A stretch of DNA of 64,000 nt from the NCBI GenBank assembly GCA_951406725.2, contig OX597815.1:67642001-67706000 (forward strand), written 5' to 3'. The stretch comes from Octopus vulgaris (Eukaryota). Below are positions 41,232 through 53,989 of the stretch, one piece after another. The translations under genes were made by a program, and so were the position numbers. How positions within the stretch are numbered: the stretch's first letter is position 1; each line of letters starts with the position of its first letter. The notes below the pieces were generated by a model. It was not told where the DNA came from. It did not search any database and was given only the letters and a program-made list of their open reading frames with translations.

Positions 41232-42302
41232 TACATACATGTATGTATGTATGTATGTACGATGTATGTGTATCTCTGATTATGTGTGTGTGCCTGTGTA
41301 TGAAAATGCGTGTGTGTTTTAGTGTGTATGTTATGCGCGCGCACGTGTGTTGTGTGTGTGTGCGTGTGTAGATGTGTATGTATATGTTGATATTCACTTG
41401 AGAGCAAGTGCTTCATTTATCTGAGATTACGTACACACGCACGCACGCACAGACACACACAACATAGAACGATAGATATAGATATATATATAGACATATA
41501 CATAATTTTAAATATATATACATACATAAATTATAAATATATATACATACACACAATCATACGTATATACAATATTTTCTTGTATACATATGTATACACG
41601 CACACAATACTTCGCTGGTCCATGCACACACATCTATAGGTGTGCATGCGTGCACACCTGTCTATAACTCATTTCTTTGTATTTCTTCGACTAAGCAGCA
41701 TACGTGTCATTGTTACGGCTTTCTATTTGCATCAAAGCCTGAGTTTGTGTGTGTGTGTGTGTTTATGTGTATGTGTTTGTGTATGTGTATGCGTGTGTGC
41801 GTGAATTTTTGTGTGTTTGTGTTTGTGTGTGTATACGTGCATTTAGAAGTATGTAAAACGTCCGTCCGTAAGCAACGAACCGCTGTATTCCCTATGTATG
41901 TATGTATGTATGTATGTATGTATGTATGTATGTATGTATGTATGTATGTATGTATGTGTGCGTGCGTATATATATGTGTGTGTGTGTGTGCATATGTATG
42001 TATCGATCTAGTCTCCAATTACAAATCACACCATTTCATCCAGGCCCTGCGTCAGCAGTTATGTCATGTCCTTATTCCCCAGGTTTCCTCATCTCTCACC
42101 CACTGGAAATCCAACTCTTCATATATCTTTCCTATAGGTGCCGACTGTGAATGGCTAAAACGGAATATTGTCAGCCTCCGTCTGAATGACCTTATGAATG
42201 CCATGGTCACTAACCCCTACTCCAGATCCAAATGTTAAAAAAATATGTGTGTGTGTATGTGTATACATGCATACATACATAATACATACATACATACATA
42301 CA

Positions 42303-42336
<34 letters not shown>

Positions 42337-43033
42337 CATACATACATATATACATATATATACATGCAAATGTACATACACACACGCACAAATATATATT
42401 TAAACATGTTATCGATAATACTCCGACAAAATATACTTTGTCTTCGACAAAAGGTCTAGAAGATCCTTGGGCGAAGGAAAGAACATTTTGTCGGACTAAC
42501 GATTATCGACAACGTATTTATTCACTCTCAGATTTCTTTCCGAGTTCTTTATTCTAAGTGACCAGATATTGCTTCTTTGAACTTGTCAACGACTGGAATA
42601 TGTGTGCACGCGTATGTATAAGTGTGTGTGTAAGTGAGTGAGTGAGTGAGTGAGTGTGTGAGTGTGCGTATGAGTGAGTAAGTGAGTGTGTGTGAGTGTG
42701 CGTGTGTGTGTTTGTGTATGTGTGTGTGGTGTTTATATATAGAGAGAAAGAGATAGACGAGAGAGTGAGAAAGAGATAGTAAATTTCGAGCACGGGATAA
42801 CCGTGAAAATAGCTTCGAAAATTGGGTAAATATGTCTGCTGGCATGTTTTTATCGTCTTCTAGAGGTATTTGCCCTATTTTCTAGACTAATGAAGTTCAT
42901 GGTGCTATTTCTTATTTCCTTGTCATTTATTTAATTTCTTATTACTGCTCTGTTCTCGACTGGCGGTTTGTTCTGAAGCATATGCATACTATATTAAGAC
43001 ACCAGGTTATTTGTATGGCTCTGCCTAGGCAAC

Positions 43034-43157
<124 letters not shown>

Positions 43158-43159
43158 CA

Positions 43160-44615
43160 ACAACAATAAGAAAAAGAAATGGAGAATTTAAGAATGAATG
43201 GAAATTCGAAAAAGTTAGGAAGGTTCATGGTGTAGATACAAAAGGCCTGAATGTTATAACTGAAGAACTAAAGTAGTGCACACATGCAAAAAAAAGCAAA
43301 GCTAACTAGGTTTGAGCAACGTATTAAGCAATACCTGCAAAACAAATTGTTTAGAATCGACCAATAAAGATTTTACCAACTGATCAATGATGATAAAAAA
43401 CGTGAAAGATTAGTGCCTGATGAAAGTCGAATTTTGTGGGGTAAGATATGGAGTAAGCAAGAATATAATACTACAGCTGAATGGTTCTGCAGCCTGAAGC
43501 AAACAGCTTCTTATCCCCAGCAAGAGGCTATCCACTTCACGGAGGACATTATCAGAAATATTAGTAAAAAGATAATTGCAAAGCAGTATCACCTGATGGT
43601 GTACAGGGATTTTGGATAAAAAAAAGTTGAGTAGTTGCCATAAATTGAACGCAGAGCAATTTAATGCATTGATCAATGGCGAAGAAGAAATCCCGGGTTG
43701 GTTGACAAAAGGACGAACAGTGTTGTGCCTGAAGGATGCATCAAAGGGAAATGCTGCTGACAATTACAGACTAATTTCCTGCCTCCCATTCATGTGGAAG
43801 TTACTGTCAGGAGGAATTGCAGAAATTTCTGGATGAGAACGATATGTTACCTCCCGAACAAAAAGGCTATAACATATGCAAAGGTACCAAAGATCAACAA
43901 TTGATAGAGAAAATGTTAATGCAAGATTGTAAGCGAAGGAGAATAAATCTGAGAATGGCCTGTATTGATTATCGCAAAGCTTATGATATAATTCCACATT
44001 CGTGGATCATCGAGTGTTCAGGTCTGTTTGGAATTGAAAGGAATGAAACGTGTTTCTGGAAAAGAAGTATGGTGGGAGGGTGACATCTTACGGAAAAAGC
44101 TTGAACATCCTGGGTATCAGAAGAGGGATTTTCCAGGGTGATAGCTAATCTCCATTGCTTTTTGTTCTCTGCATTATACCTCTGACCTTGGTACTTAGGA
44201 AAATGAACCTGGGGTACCAACTAAAGGAAAAATCCCAAGGAATCAATCACCTCCTCTTCACGGATGATTTGAAACTGTATGGCAAATATGAGACTCAAGT
44301 GAGTTCCATGATGAACACGGTTCACTGTTTTAGTACTGATATTAGAATGGAATTCGGACACAAGAAGTGCGGAATAATATACCTAAAAAGAGGTAAGATA
44401 CAGTGCCTAGCAAGGATAGAATTACCGAACGGAGACCTGATAAGACAAATCGAAACGGAAGGATACAAATACTTTGGCGTACTAGAGTTCAACGAGATAG
44501 TGGGAAAGGAAGTGAAAGAGCAACTGAGGATGGAGTATTTCCGAAGACTGAGGTTGGTGTTGCGCTCAAAATTGCCTGGATGGAATAAAATCCAAGCAGT
44601 TAATACGTGGGCAAA
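43160..44615 (+). mobile_element. Decayed R4/Dong-clade non-LTR retrotransposon reverse-transcriptase region
   Basis: Frameshifted motifs [12 protein letters not shown]...[15 protein letters not shown]...GTKDQ, CIDYRKAYD..PHSWI, IRRGIFQGD, NHLLFTDDLKLY, DIRMEFG..KC, YKYFGV and NKIQAVNTWA. Confidence 0.9.
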
Positions 44616-44643
44616 AATGGCAAAAAAAAAGAAGCGAAGAAAA

Positions 44644-45745
44644 CACTGGGCAGTGATTTAACCCGCTGAATTCAAAAATAACTTCAGTTTTTCTCTATCA
44701 AGTCTAGTTTTCTGACTTGACTTGATAGAGTAAGTATTTTAGTCATACAAGAGGCATATACTATGAATCAATAAAGAGAGCGTAACAAAATAAAAAAAAG
44801 TACAAATAAAAATGGAAAATTGAAAATGCACATTCGCAAAGATTTTTGGCTGAAAATTCAAGGAATATATTTACGCTTCTTTGTGCACCGTGAATGTTGA
44901 ACAACAGGAGTATCTCGTTGTAAACACCAGAAATAGTCTGTCATCATCACAGCGTCCCAATGTCCTTGGTGCCGAGTTTCCATCTCCTTGACCTCTTGAT
45001 GGAATCGTTCGCCTTTTTCATCGCTAACATCTCCGGGATTTTCAAGAAAACGATCAAGATGATTAAAAAGATAATGCATTTTGATGCTCTTATTCGCGCC
45101 AATATCACGAAAAGGTGATATCAAGTTGGTAACAAGGTCTTTAAAGTTTTCACTTTTGTGTTAACCAAGGAAATTTTGCACTACTTCTGCAAAGGCTAGC
45201 CAAGCTGATGCTTCATTTTCGCTCATTGTTTTCACGAAATTTGAATCCTTAAAGAGCTTACGGATCTGTAGTCCATCAAAGATCCCTGCTTTAAGTTTTT
45301 CAATCCTCAGATCTGGAAATACACTGCAGATAAACTTGAAGCACACCCCATTTTTGTCAAGAGCTTTGATGAATTGCTTGATCAATCCGAGTTTGACGTG
45401 CAAAGGGAGCAAAATGATCTTGTCTCGCTCAACAAAAGGTTCTTCCAATATATTGGCAGCTACATGGAGCCATATTTGTTCGAGGCGGCCAGTCTTTCTT
45501 AACATAGTGATTTGCTGTCCCACATGCAAAGAAAGCATGTGTATTTGGTTGTTGTCTATGAGAAAATTCACCATATTTAAGTCAACGCAGATGACCCATT
45601 TATGATCATGATACAGTATCTTCTCTAAAACCAACTTAATTTCTTCATATTTTTTCTTCAGAGTTGTTGAGTGGCCGAGTAGGACAGAGCCATACACATT
45701 TTCGTTGTGCAAAAATACACATTTTAAACTATGCTTAGAGCTAAT
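44644..45745 (-). mobile_element. CMC/Chapaev(-3)-like DNA transposon, 3' half with decayed transposase and one CAC terminus
   Basis: SLKCVFLHN...ICVDL..V.FL, LPLHVKLGLIKQFIKAL, KLKAGIFDG.QIRKL, K.HYL..HLD.F..N.GDVSDE.GERFHQ...YFWCL.RD; terminus cactgggcag at 44644. Family name is from recalled motif similarity. Confidence 0.75.
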
Positions 45746-46327
45746 GCACCCTCTTTCACTCTTTCTCTCCTTATCTCTTTCCTTTTCTCTCTCTCTCTCT
45801 CTCTCTCATTCTCTCTCTCCTCTCTCATTCCAGATGTCACATTCCGGATGTTCCATTAGATCAAGAATGAGGAGGCCAAGAGCTGGTCTATATCTGCTCT
45901 TAACCACACAGTTACCAAAAAAAAAAAAAAACAATTAGCGAAAGCATGGGACATATTACCAAGTCATACATATTCATTGTTAGCGAGTGGTTTTTGATAC
46001 AGTGTACCTAGGCATAAGTTTATATATAAAAATGTTATGCATGGATGGAGTGTCTGCGTTTATATGTATATTATGTATTCTTGCAACTTAGCTGTTCGGT
46101 GAAGATATAAATAAATCCCTATGACTGAAATATATCCTGGGGTACACATGATCGGTGAGAAATATTTGTAGGCTTCATTCCAATGGCTGCAATGCGAAAG
46201 ATATATAAATACACACACACACACACACATAGATTTGCACATATGTGCAAAACAATGTTGAAAAAATAGTACGCGACTACCAAGGGTAGAGTAATATGCT
46301 GTTATTAAAGCTGCAAAGTTATCACAA

Positions 46328-46369
46328 AACTGTTACTCAGAGTTTCACGTTCCCATTCGTCGGACAGTT
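46328..46369 (-). ncRNA. Type-I hammerhead ribozyme motif (CCGACGA core)
   Basis: Minus strand AACUGU CCGACGA AUG ggaa CGU GAAA CUCUGAG UA/ACAGUU: perfect 6-bp helix I and near-palindromic helix III. Confidence 0.7.
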
Positions 46370-46386
46370 ATATTGAAAATATATGC

Positions 46387-46425
<39 letters not shown>

Positions 46426-46535
46426 CATACATATACATATAAAATACATATATATACACACACATACATATACATACATACATTCACACACATACACAAA
46501 CTCACACTCACTTACATACACACACACACAGATAT

Positions 46536-46616
<81 letters not shown>

Positions 46617-47078
46617 TATATAAAGGTCGTACTTGTCTGAATAAAAGCGTGAAGGAAATCTGTTGCGATTAAAAAGAAAACGCAGAAAATCAACGAAAGT
46701 GATGCAGTCGACTTAAGTTGTTTGCATCCGCCACATTGCTATTGTTTGATCGACAGCAATAGCAACAATAACTAAAACAACAGGATTAACTAAAGTAACA
46801 ATATAGAATTAGACATCGCTGTTGTGAGAACGTTGCAACTTGTTACGTCAACAAACAACAATAACAACAGAAATTTGAACAAATGTTTATTGAGAAACAA
46901 TGAAAGAGTCTGTATGGTATCTCCTCGGTTTGCTTGAAATAGCAGCTTATATTTTACTCTGGATCCGCTGGAGGGCTATAACTGCATTTGTACAGTGACA
47001 GTAATAACAATAACATCAAATTCTATTCACTTTTTTAAATCATTTTCTCCATAATTCATGCGACCCATCAATCTCCTT

Positions 47079-47130
<52 letters not shown>

Positions 47131-47184
47131 GTTATTATTCTTATCTTTATTAGTATACTTATTATTCCTATACTTTCAAGGATT

Positions 47185-47580
47185 GCCAGAATCTTTAGAG
47201 CATCGCATAAAATGTTTTGCGGTATCTCTTCCGACTCTTTACACTCTAAGTTCAAATCCCACCGCGGGCAACTTTGTCATTCGTCGTCTTGGAATCGCTT
47301 AAATAAAGTAGCTGTCAAATACTGGATTCAGTGGTATCGACAAACCCCTTCCCTCAAAATTGCTAGTCCTGAGCAGGCAGAACCATTCAGAGAGTCACAA
47401 AAATGCCTTGCAGAGTTTCATCCAGCTCTTTATGTTCTGAGTTCAAATCCCACCATGGTCAGTTTTGCTTTTCCTCCGTCCTGGATCGAGAAAAATTAAG
47501 TACCAGTCATGTATTGGAATCGGTGATATCGACTAACCACCTCCACTCAAAATTAATGGCTTTATGCCTGTATCAGAAAC
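47185..47580 (+). mobile_element. Two tandem family-A SINE copies
   Basis: gttcaaatcccacc B-box twice, with aagtagc/aagtaccagt core blocks. Confidence 0.65.
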
Positions 47581-48219
47581 CATCAGTAGTAGCAGTTGTT
47601 GGTGTTGCTAATCTCTTTGGCACAAATTGTAGTGCCAAGACAGGTCGATTCGATTGATTCCCCGGTGATAATTTTATCGTTCACTGAAGGATCTGAAAGC
47701 ACAATTTAATAGAGTGTAACTAAAAGTTAAAAGTTGTTTTGTTTGTTTGTTTGTTTTCTCTTGCCCTATCATTTTGCAAATAGCCTAGGATATTGCTGGT
47801 ACATATATATATATTTTATCGGTTTATGACGTAAGAATAATGAAGATAATGCCCAGCGATTTGAACTAAAAAACAAGAGAAGCGAAACGAAATGCTGCGG
47901 CAAGTGTAATGTGACATCCCTCTACATTGCACTACCTGAGCTAATACATGAATCCACTCTTACGAGTGGGTTTCTTTGTAGTCGCTCGATCTGCAAGAAG
48001 AAGGAACCGAGTGACAGTCATATAACACTCCACTGTTTTAGTCACGTTGGATTGTATAGTTTGGTTTATACTGTGTTCAAATAAAAGACGAGATGGTCAC
48101 GGCAGATATGTCTTTGGTCATTGTTTTATTTAACTTAATAGCGGATGGCCTGGAGCTAAACATCGGCATGAATGCAGCAATGCAGTCACAGGAAAACACA
48201 TTTTAGGAAAGAATATTGA

Positions 48220-48720
48220 CCAGTTCAGCATACATCTACTTGGACACATCATCAGTGTTGTATCCTAGGATACTGGATGTTCTGGGCCCTACAGCATACA
48301 TCCTTATCCAGGAAACCCGATCTAGGTTGATTAACCCCAGTCCTGTGTCCAAACGGCATTCTACTGATCATCTGCGATCACTCTTTTCAGCCAGAGCCAT
48401 CTGACGTTTTTTTCAGTAGCCTCTACGTTATTCTTGATGGCACTTCTTCTGTATGTTCCTGTGATATCCAGAGTTCCGTGAGTCTAACAACATTTTGACC
48501 TATAAATCCTCAAATACCAACCTTCAAACACCATATTTTCCACCCATTTTGCAGCAGTCCTCCAACCAACTCCTGGTACTTGGTTCTCTTCTCTTCTTGA
48601 ACCTCTTTCATCCTCTCCTCCCAGGACACAATTAAGTCCAGCAGGATTAGTTATTTTGTTAACCTGAAACCAAGACGACATCTGGTCTCAACAAGGTTTG
48701 AGTAACGTAGGTGTGGAACT
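48220..48720 (-). mobile_element. Hero-clade (R2 group) non-LTR retrotransposon RLE and 3' UTR fragment
   Basis: Minus translation RPDVVLVS...LIVSWEERMKEVQEEKRTKYQELV...NGWKIW...GF resembles the RPD..ELTVPWEE..ERK..KY..GW..VG.RGF signature. Confidence 0.65.
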
Positions 48721-48799
48721 TTAGCTGTTTCGCTAGATCAACTCCCACCACCCAAGCTCCTTGCTGTGGAAAGTAATAATTCGGTGTTGGGGTTGAATC

Positions 48800-49385
48800 G
48801 CTAGCGCTTATCATAACTGACAGTTAGCTATTTTATCAACCACCGGAGAAAGAAAGATGTAGTCAACCTTAGCAGGATTTGAACTCAGAATGTAAAAATA
48901 CGTAAATAATTTACTGCAATCTCTTTTGTCCGATGCTCTACCGGTTAATGTACATCACATAATCATTGTTTCTAACATAAGTACAAGGCCTGTAATTTAA
49001 GGGGTGGTGGGAGAGGCCAGTAGTGAATGGTACTTTTTGTTATCGTCTCCAGAAGGGTGGAAGGCAACGTTGACCTCGCCAGGATTTGTATTAAGAACGT
49101 GAAGAATCAGAACATATATCACCCGACATTATTCCGACGGTCTACCGATTCTGCCAATTAAACCCTGTCTCGCCTAAAATAATTGCTTATAATTTCGGTA
49201 CAAGGCCAATCATTTTCAAGGGACGAGTTAACATCGATCCTGGCGTCTGACGGGGGATTAATTTCATCGGCTCCGAAAGGATAAAAAGCAAAGTCGACTT
49301 TAGTGAGATTTGAACTCCGATCTTAAAGATCCAAGAAAAATGCTGCAAAACGTTTTGTTCGATGTTCTAATGATTGTGCCAATAA
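48800..49385 (-). mobile_element. Array of three old family-A SINE copies
   Basis: Repeated gatttgaactc...ttttgtccga blocks in the same orientation. Confidence 0.65.
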
Positions 49386-49459
49386 AACAAGGCCTGCTGA
49401 TGGCACAAAAGCTTTGCATAGCACAATTGCCCACTAAGTAGACTGCTGCTGTGCTGCTG

Positions 49460-49531
<72 letters not shown>

Positions 49532-49764
49532 TACTGCTACTTTAAATAGACTAATACGAGTAGTGTTACTGCTGCTATTAATATTACAGCATAGATGTAA
49601 TTACAGTAACTGCTGCTGTTGTTGTTGCAGTAGTGACACCTGCTGCTAGTGCTGTTGTTGCTACTGCTCTGATTATTATTGCTGTTACTACTGTTACTAC
49701 GTCTTCTATATTTGTTGTCATTGTGTACCCATCGTTGCTGTTGCTACGACTTAAGCTGTGACTG

Positions 49765-50420
49765 GTTGTATCTACTGCTCATATATCTACTGCTCTGCTA
49801 TCTATTTCTGCAATATCTACTGCTCGAATGTCTACTGCTGCAATATCTACTGCTGCGATATCTACTGTTGCAGTATCTACTGCTGCAGTACCTACTGCTA
49901 TAATGACTTCTGCAGTAGTGTCTAATATTGTTATAATGTCTGTTGCTGTAATATCTACTGCTGTAGTATATACTGCTGCACTGTCTACTGCTGCATTGCT
50001 GCTGCTGCTGGTTGTATACTACCGCAATATTTACTGTTTCTAAATCTACTGTTGCTTACTATGTCTGCTGCCGCGGTGCTTGTTGCTGAATATCTGCTTC
50101 AACAGTATCAACTGCAATACCTACTGCCGTTGTGTTTATCGATGTTATGCCCATTGTTGCAGCGTCCACTGCTATGTTATCTACTGCTGTAGAGTCTATT
50201 GCTGCAGGATCCACACTATAATACTAACAGCTTCAGTGTCTGCTACTGCTGTGGTATCTACTGCTGCTGCAGTGTCCACTGCCGTTGTGTTTATCGGTGT
50301 TGTGTCGGCTGTGGCAGTGTCTCATGCTGGTATATATATTACTGCAAAGACTACGCTGCAGTGACCATGCTGCAATGACCACACTGTAATTACCACACTT
50401 CAGTGTCCACTGCTAGTGTA
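49765..50420. repeat. Degenerate 15-bp minisatellite (atatctactgctgca)
   Basis: Consecutive units at 49785-49900, decaying towards 50420. Confidence 0.75.
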
Positions 50421-50669
50421 GAAATATGAAGTACATAAATGACTTTGTGTGTGAATGAGGTCACGAGTTCCTTGACTCAAGTTCTTTCGTATGATGTTTT
50501 TATCCCTCCCAAGGTACCAATAAAATTCTTCATCAAATAATCAGGTTCGTTTGATAGAGATGTAAGATTTATCAAACTGGGAAGTTATCCATCGTACTAC
50601 TATCATGTAAGGACTTTTATTCATGCGATATTTTACGCTATTAGAGACGATATAATAACTATTTGTATT

Positions 50670-51030
50670 TACAGAGTTCGACTAAATTTGACGGTTTTTT
50701 GTTTCCTTTCTACAGGAACGGTTTGATGTATTGGTCAACGGGGTTGGAAAGCATAAAGATTAAAGTTGTAGATGAAAAAAAGCTGACATGGAGGGTTGGA
50801 AGCGATATTATTAGGGATACGGCAGGTGTTCTGATACGTCCGCTCACCGGAATTTATACAACAACTGTAGGACAAGGTGCTGGAAGAGCCGAGCAAGGGG
50901 ACCCAGGATTTGGCGAGAGAGATGGGTGTTGGAGTCGCCACCATGAAGCTGGCCCTGAGTGAGGACCTTCGCTACCACTCGGACATGAGGCATAAAGGAT
51001 AAATTCTGACTATCAAAGCCAAGAAGACTA
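50670..51030 (+). mobile_element. Tc1/mariner (maT/DD37D-like) transposase N-terminal fragment
   Basis: KVLEEPSKGTQDLAREMGVGVATMKLALSEDLRYHSDMRHKG*ILT resembles the HTH plus DL.YKSY...K.Q.LT linker. Confidence 0.5.
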
Positions 51031-51147
51031 ATGCTTTCTTATAATCTAAGCTGATTTAAACCAGATCCTCCTACACAGATGCATCAATGATGTTATAGAT
51101 TTTGATTGAAAATTAACTAACAACCTCCTTGGGTCAAAACTTGAAAC

Positions 51148-51218
<71 letters not shown>

Positions 51219-51563
51219 GTGACACCACATAACTAAAAGTGTTCTATCGACTAAAGGTAATTTTTCTCCGTTTTCCAAATCCCTGATAGTAGTTTTTTGA
51301 AAGAATTTTTTCTCGTTGTTTATTTTAATATCTTCAAACTACTATTTAACAGAAATGGAGAACTCGTCGAATAAACAGGCATTTTATTTCGTACATTACT
51401 GTAAATATTCATCCTTGATGTCATTAATCAATGTCAACATTAGTTTAGTGGTTCCTTTATCAGTACGAGTCAGCTAGAGTCTCTCTTGTGCGGGTAACTT
51501 TAAAGTACTAAATTTTTTCTCGAACGATTTAATTAAAATTGCATTTCAATTATTTATATAATT

Positions 51564-52235
51564 AAGGCAGTGAGTTGGCAGAATTATTAACGCATTGGAC
51601 AAAAATAGCAGTATTTTTTTGTTGTTTATGTTCTGAGTTTAAATACCGCCGAGCTCAACTTCGCTTTTCAACCTTTCGAGGGTCTAAAAAATAAAATACC
51701 ACTGAATTTGTACCAAAACTGCAGGCCTTGTGCCAACATTTGAAACCATTATTTATATATAAATTTCGGTCGCAGACATACAATTTTCCTATTTTTCCGC
51801 AGATTGGGAAAAAAATGAACAGCCTTAATCGACTCTTTTGGGAGTTTCATCAGAGATGTCAACATCATTCGGACAATCCCAGACAAACAAGTAGCTTATC
51901 AAGTTTTTATATGCGCATCAAATTTACATACACATCGAAATCTACTAGCTTCAGAGAATTGGTGCAACTAATTTGCATATCATAAGCATTTAACACCTTG
52001 CCTCTCAACGGGAACCCAGTCCACACAGCATCGAGGTAGCAGAATCATAAACGCCTCAGAGAAAATGCTTAACGTCATTTTTCTCGGCTCTTTACGGTCT
52101 GCGTTCAAATACCGCTGAGTTGGATTCTTCCTTTAGGAGTTGATAAAATAAGTACCAGTCAAATTCTGAGATCGATATGATTGACTTCCAGTCTCCCCTC
52201 AGAACTGGTGGTCTTGTAGCAGAATTAAAATGAAT
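51564..52235 (+). mobile_element. Two diverged family-A SINE copies
   Basis: aaggcagtgagttggcagaa head at 51563; second copy at about 52030-52235. Confidence 0.65.
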
Positions 52236-52395
52236 TATTCTTCTAAATTTTTATCCACATTCTTGCAATCTACTCCATGGAAAACCTATCTTTGCAAAAT
52301 TTCACTTAAAAAATCTGTATAATCTATCATTATCAGCCACACCTCGTATATGCACTCATCCTACACCTATGTTAACACCATTTGTGACTCTTTTT

Positions 52396-52431
<36 letters not shown>

Positions 52432-52597
52432 TTCTCTCTATAAGAAGGAAAGTGTGGATGAAGTAATCAACCAACGATCGAACCAACCAACCAACCAACC
52501 AACCAACCAACCAACCAACATTTATATTGGTTTTATATAAAGAAATTAAGTTTCGGGAAAAGAAACTGTACCCCAATCTAACTAAGGAAGCATTGTA

Positions 52598-53864
52598 TTA
52601 GGTCGTCAAGTATGAAATTTGTAGAAAAGAAAAAAAAGTTTGCTAATGTTTTATAAATACAAGGAATAATTTTATTCATCAAAGTATGCACTCATATTGT
52701 CAATATACTTTTGCTATTTCAGCGCTAGCTTGTCCAGCCCGGAACTGTAAAAGCTTGGTAATCTAGAGTCAATAAAATCTTGGAAGGCCTGTTTTACAGC
52801 ATTGCTGGAATTAAATTCTTTCCCAATCAAAAAGTCATCCAAATTCTGGAAGAAGTGGTAGTCAATGAGTGCAAGATCAGGTGAGTATGGTGGATGATGG
52901 AGAACCTCCAACTCCAACCCCTGCAGTTTCGCCAGTGTCATTTTTGTGTTGTCTTCAATAAAATAGGAGTGGATCTGTTGACTAATCTAGGCTTTTTTTT
53001 TTTGTAAGTTTCTGCATCATTTGGTCCAGTTGGCTGCAGTATACTTCGGCTGTGATTGATGAGCCAAGTTTAATGAAATCATAATGGATCACACCTGCCC
53101 CAGACCACCAAACACACACCATCAGCTTCTTTTGGTGAATTTATGCTTTTTGGACTGTGTTCTGGTGGCTCGTCTTTATCCAACCATTGTGCTGAACATT
53201 TACTGTTGTTGTATTGGATCCATTTCTAATCACATGTTACAATTCGATTCAAAAATGGTTCAGTTTTGTGACGAGAAAGTAGCATAATGCAACTTCCAAA
53301 TGTTGCTGTTTCTGATTTTCATTGAGTTCATGTGGAACCCACTTATCCAACTTTTTAACTTTATCGATTTGAATCAGGTGAGTCGATATTGTTTGTTTGC
53401 TAACACCAAACAACAACGATAATTCCTGAGCACTTTGAGGTGGATCTGACTCTACGGTGGCTTTCAGTTCATCATTATCCATCTTTGTTTCTGGTCGACC
53501 GCGTTGGTTATTTGTGAGGTCAAAGTTACCAGAACGAAATTTTGGAAACTAATTTGATACTGTCTGCTGTGTAATAACATTAGAATAAAATACTTCATTA
53601 ATATTCCGAGCTGTCTGTGATGCTGTATTTCTAAGAAAGAACTCATTTTTCAAAACTACGAATTTCCGACTTATCCATTTCTAAACCAAAATAGCAAAAC
53701 ACGATTTATAAATACTTTATAAAGAGCAAAATTAGTTAGAATAAAGAAATAGATGTGTCAGCTTTCTAACAAAAAATATTGTCAAAATATAATAATGGCG
53801 CAAAACGAGCAGCTGTCAAAGTTTACCATATGCCTTACTACAAATTTCATACTTGATGACCTAA
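52598..53864 (-). mobile_element. Full-length mariner element (1267 bp, cecropia/Hsmar1-like)
   Basis: 27-bp TIRs ttaggtc(g/a)tcaagtatgaaatttgtag at 52598-52624 and 53838-53864 (1 mismatch), TA duplications at 52596 and 53865, and WVPHEL and HPPYSPDLA motifs. Confidence 0.95.
52672..53678 (-). pseudogene. Mariner transposase pseudogene (frameshifts and stops)
   Basis: MDKSEIR start at 53678; RGRPETKMDNDELKA...KKLDKWVPHEL; YSPDLALIDYHFFQNLD; ends AYFDE*. Confidence 0.9.
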
Positions 53865-53989
53865 TAGGTTCAAATGAAGAAGGAAGAGCAGTTCACCCTT
53901 GATTTTTGTATGCATATTTTCTTTCTCTTTATAATTTTAAAGTAAATTTTGAACGGCCACCTACTTGGTAGCAAGGTTGTAAAAGAAAG

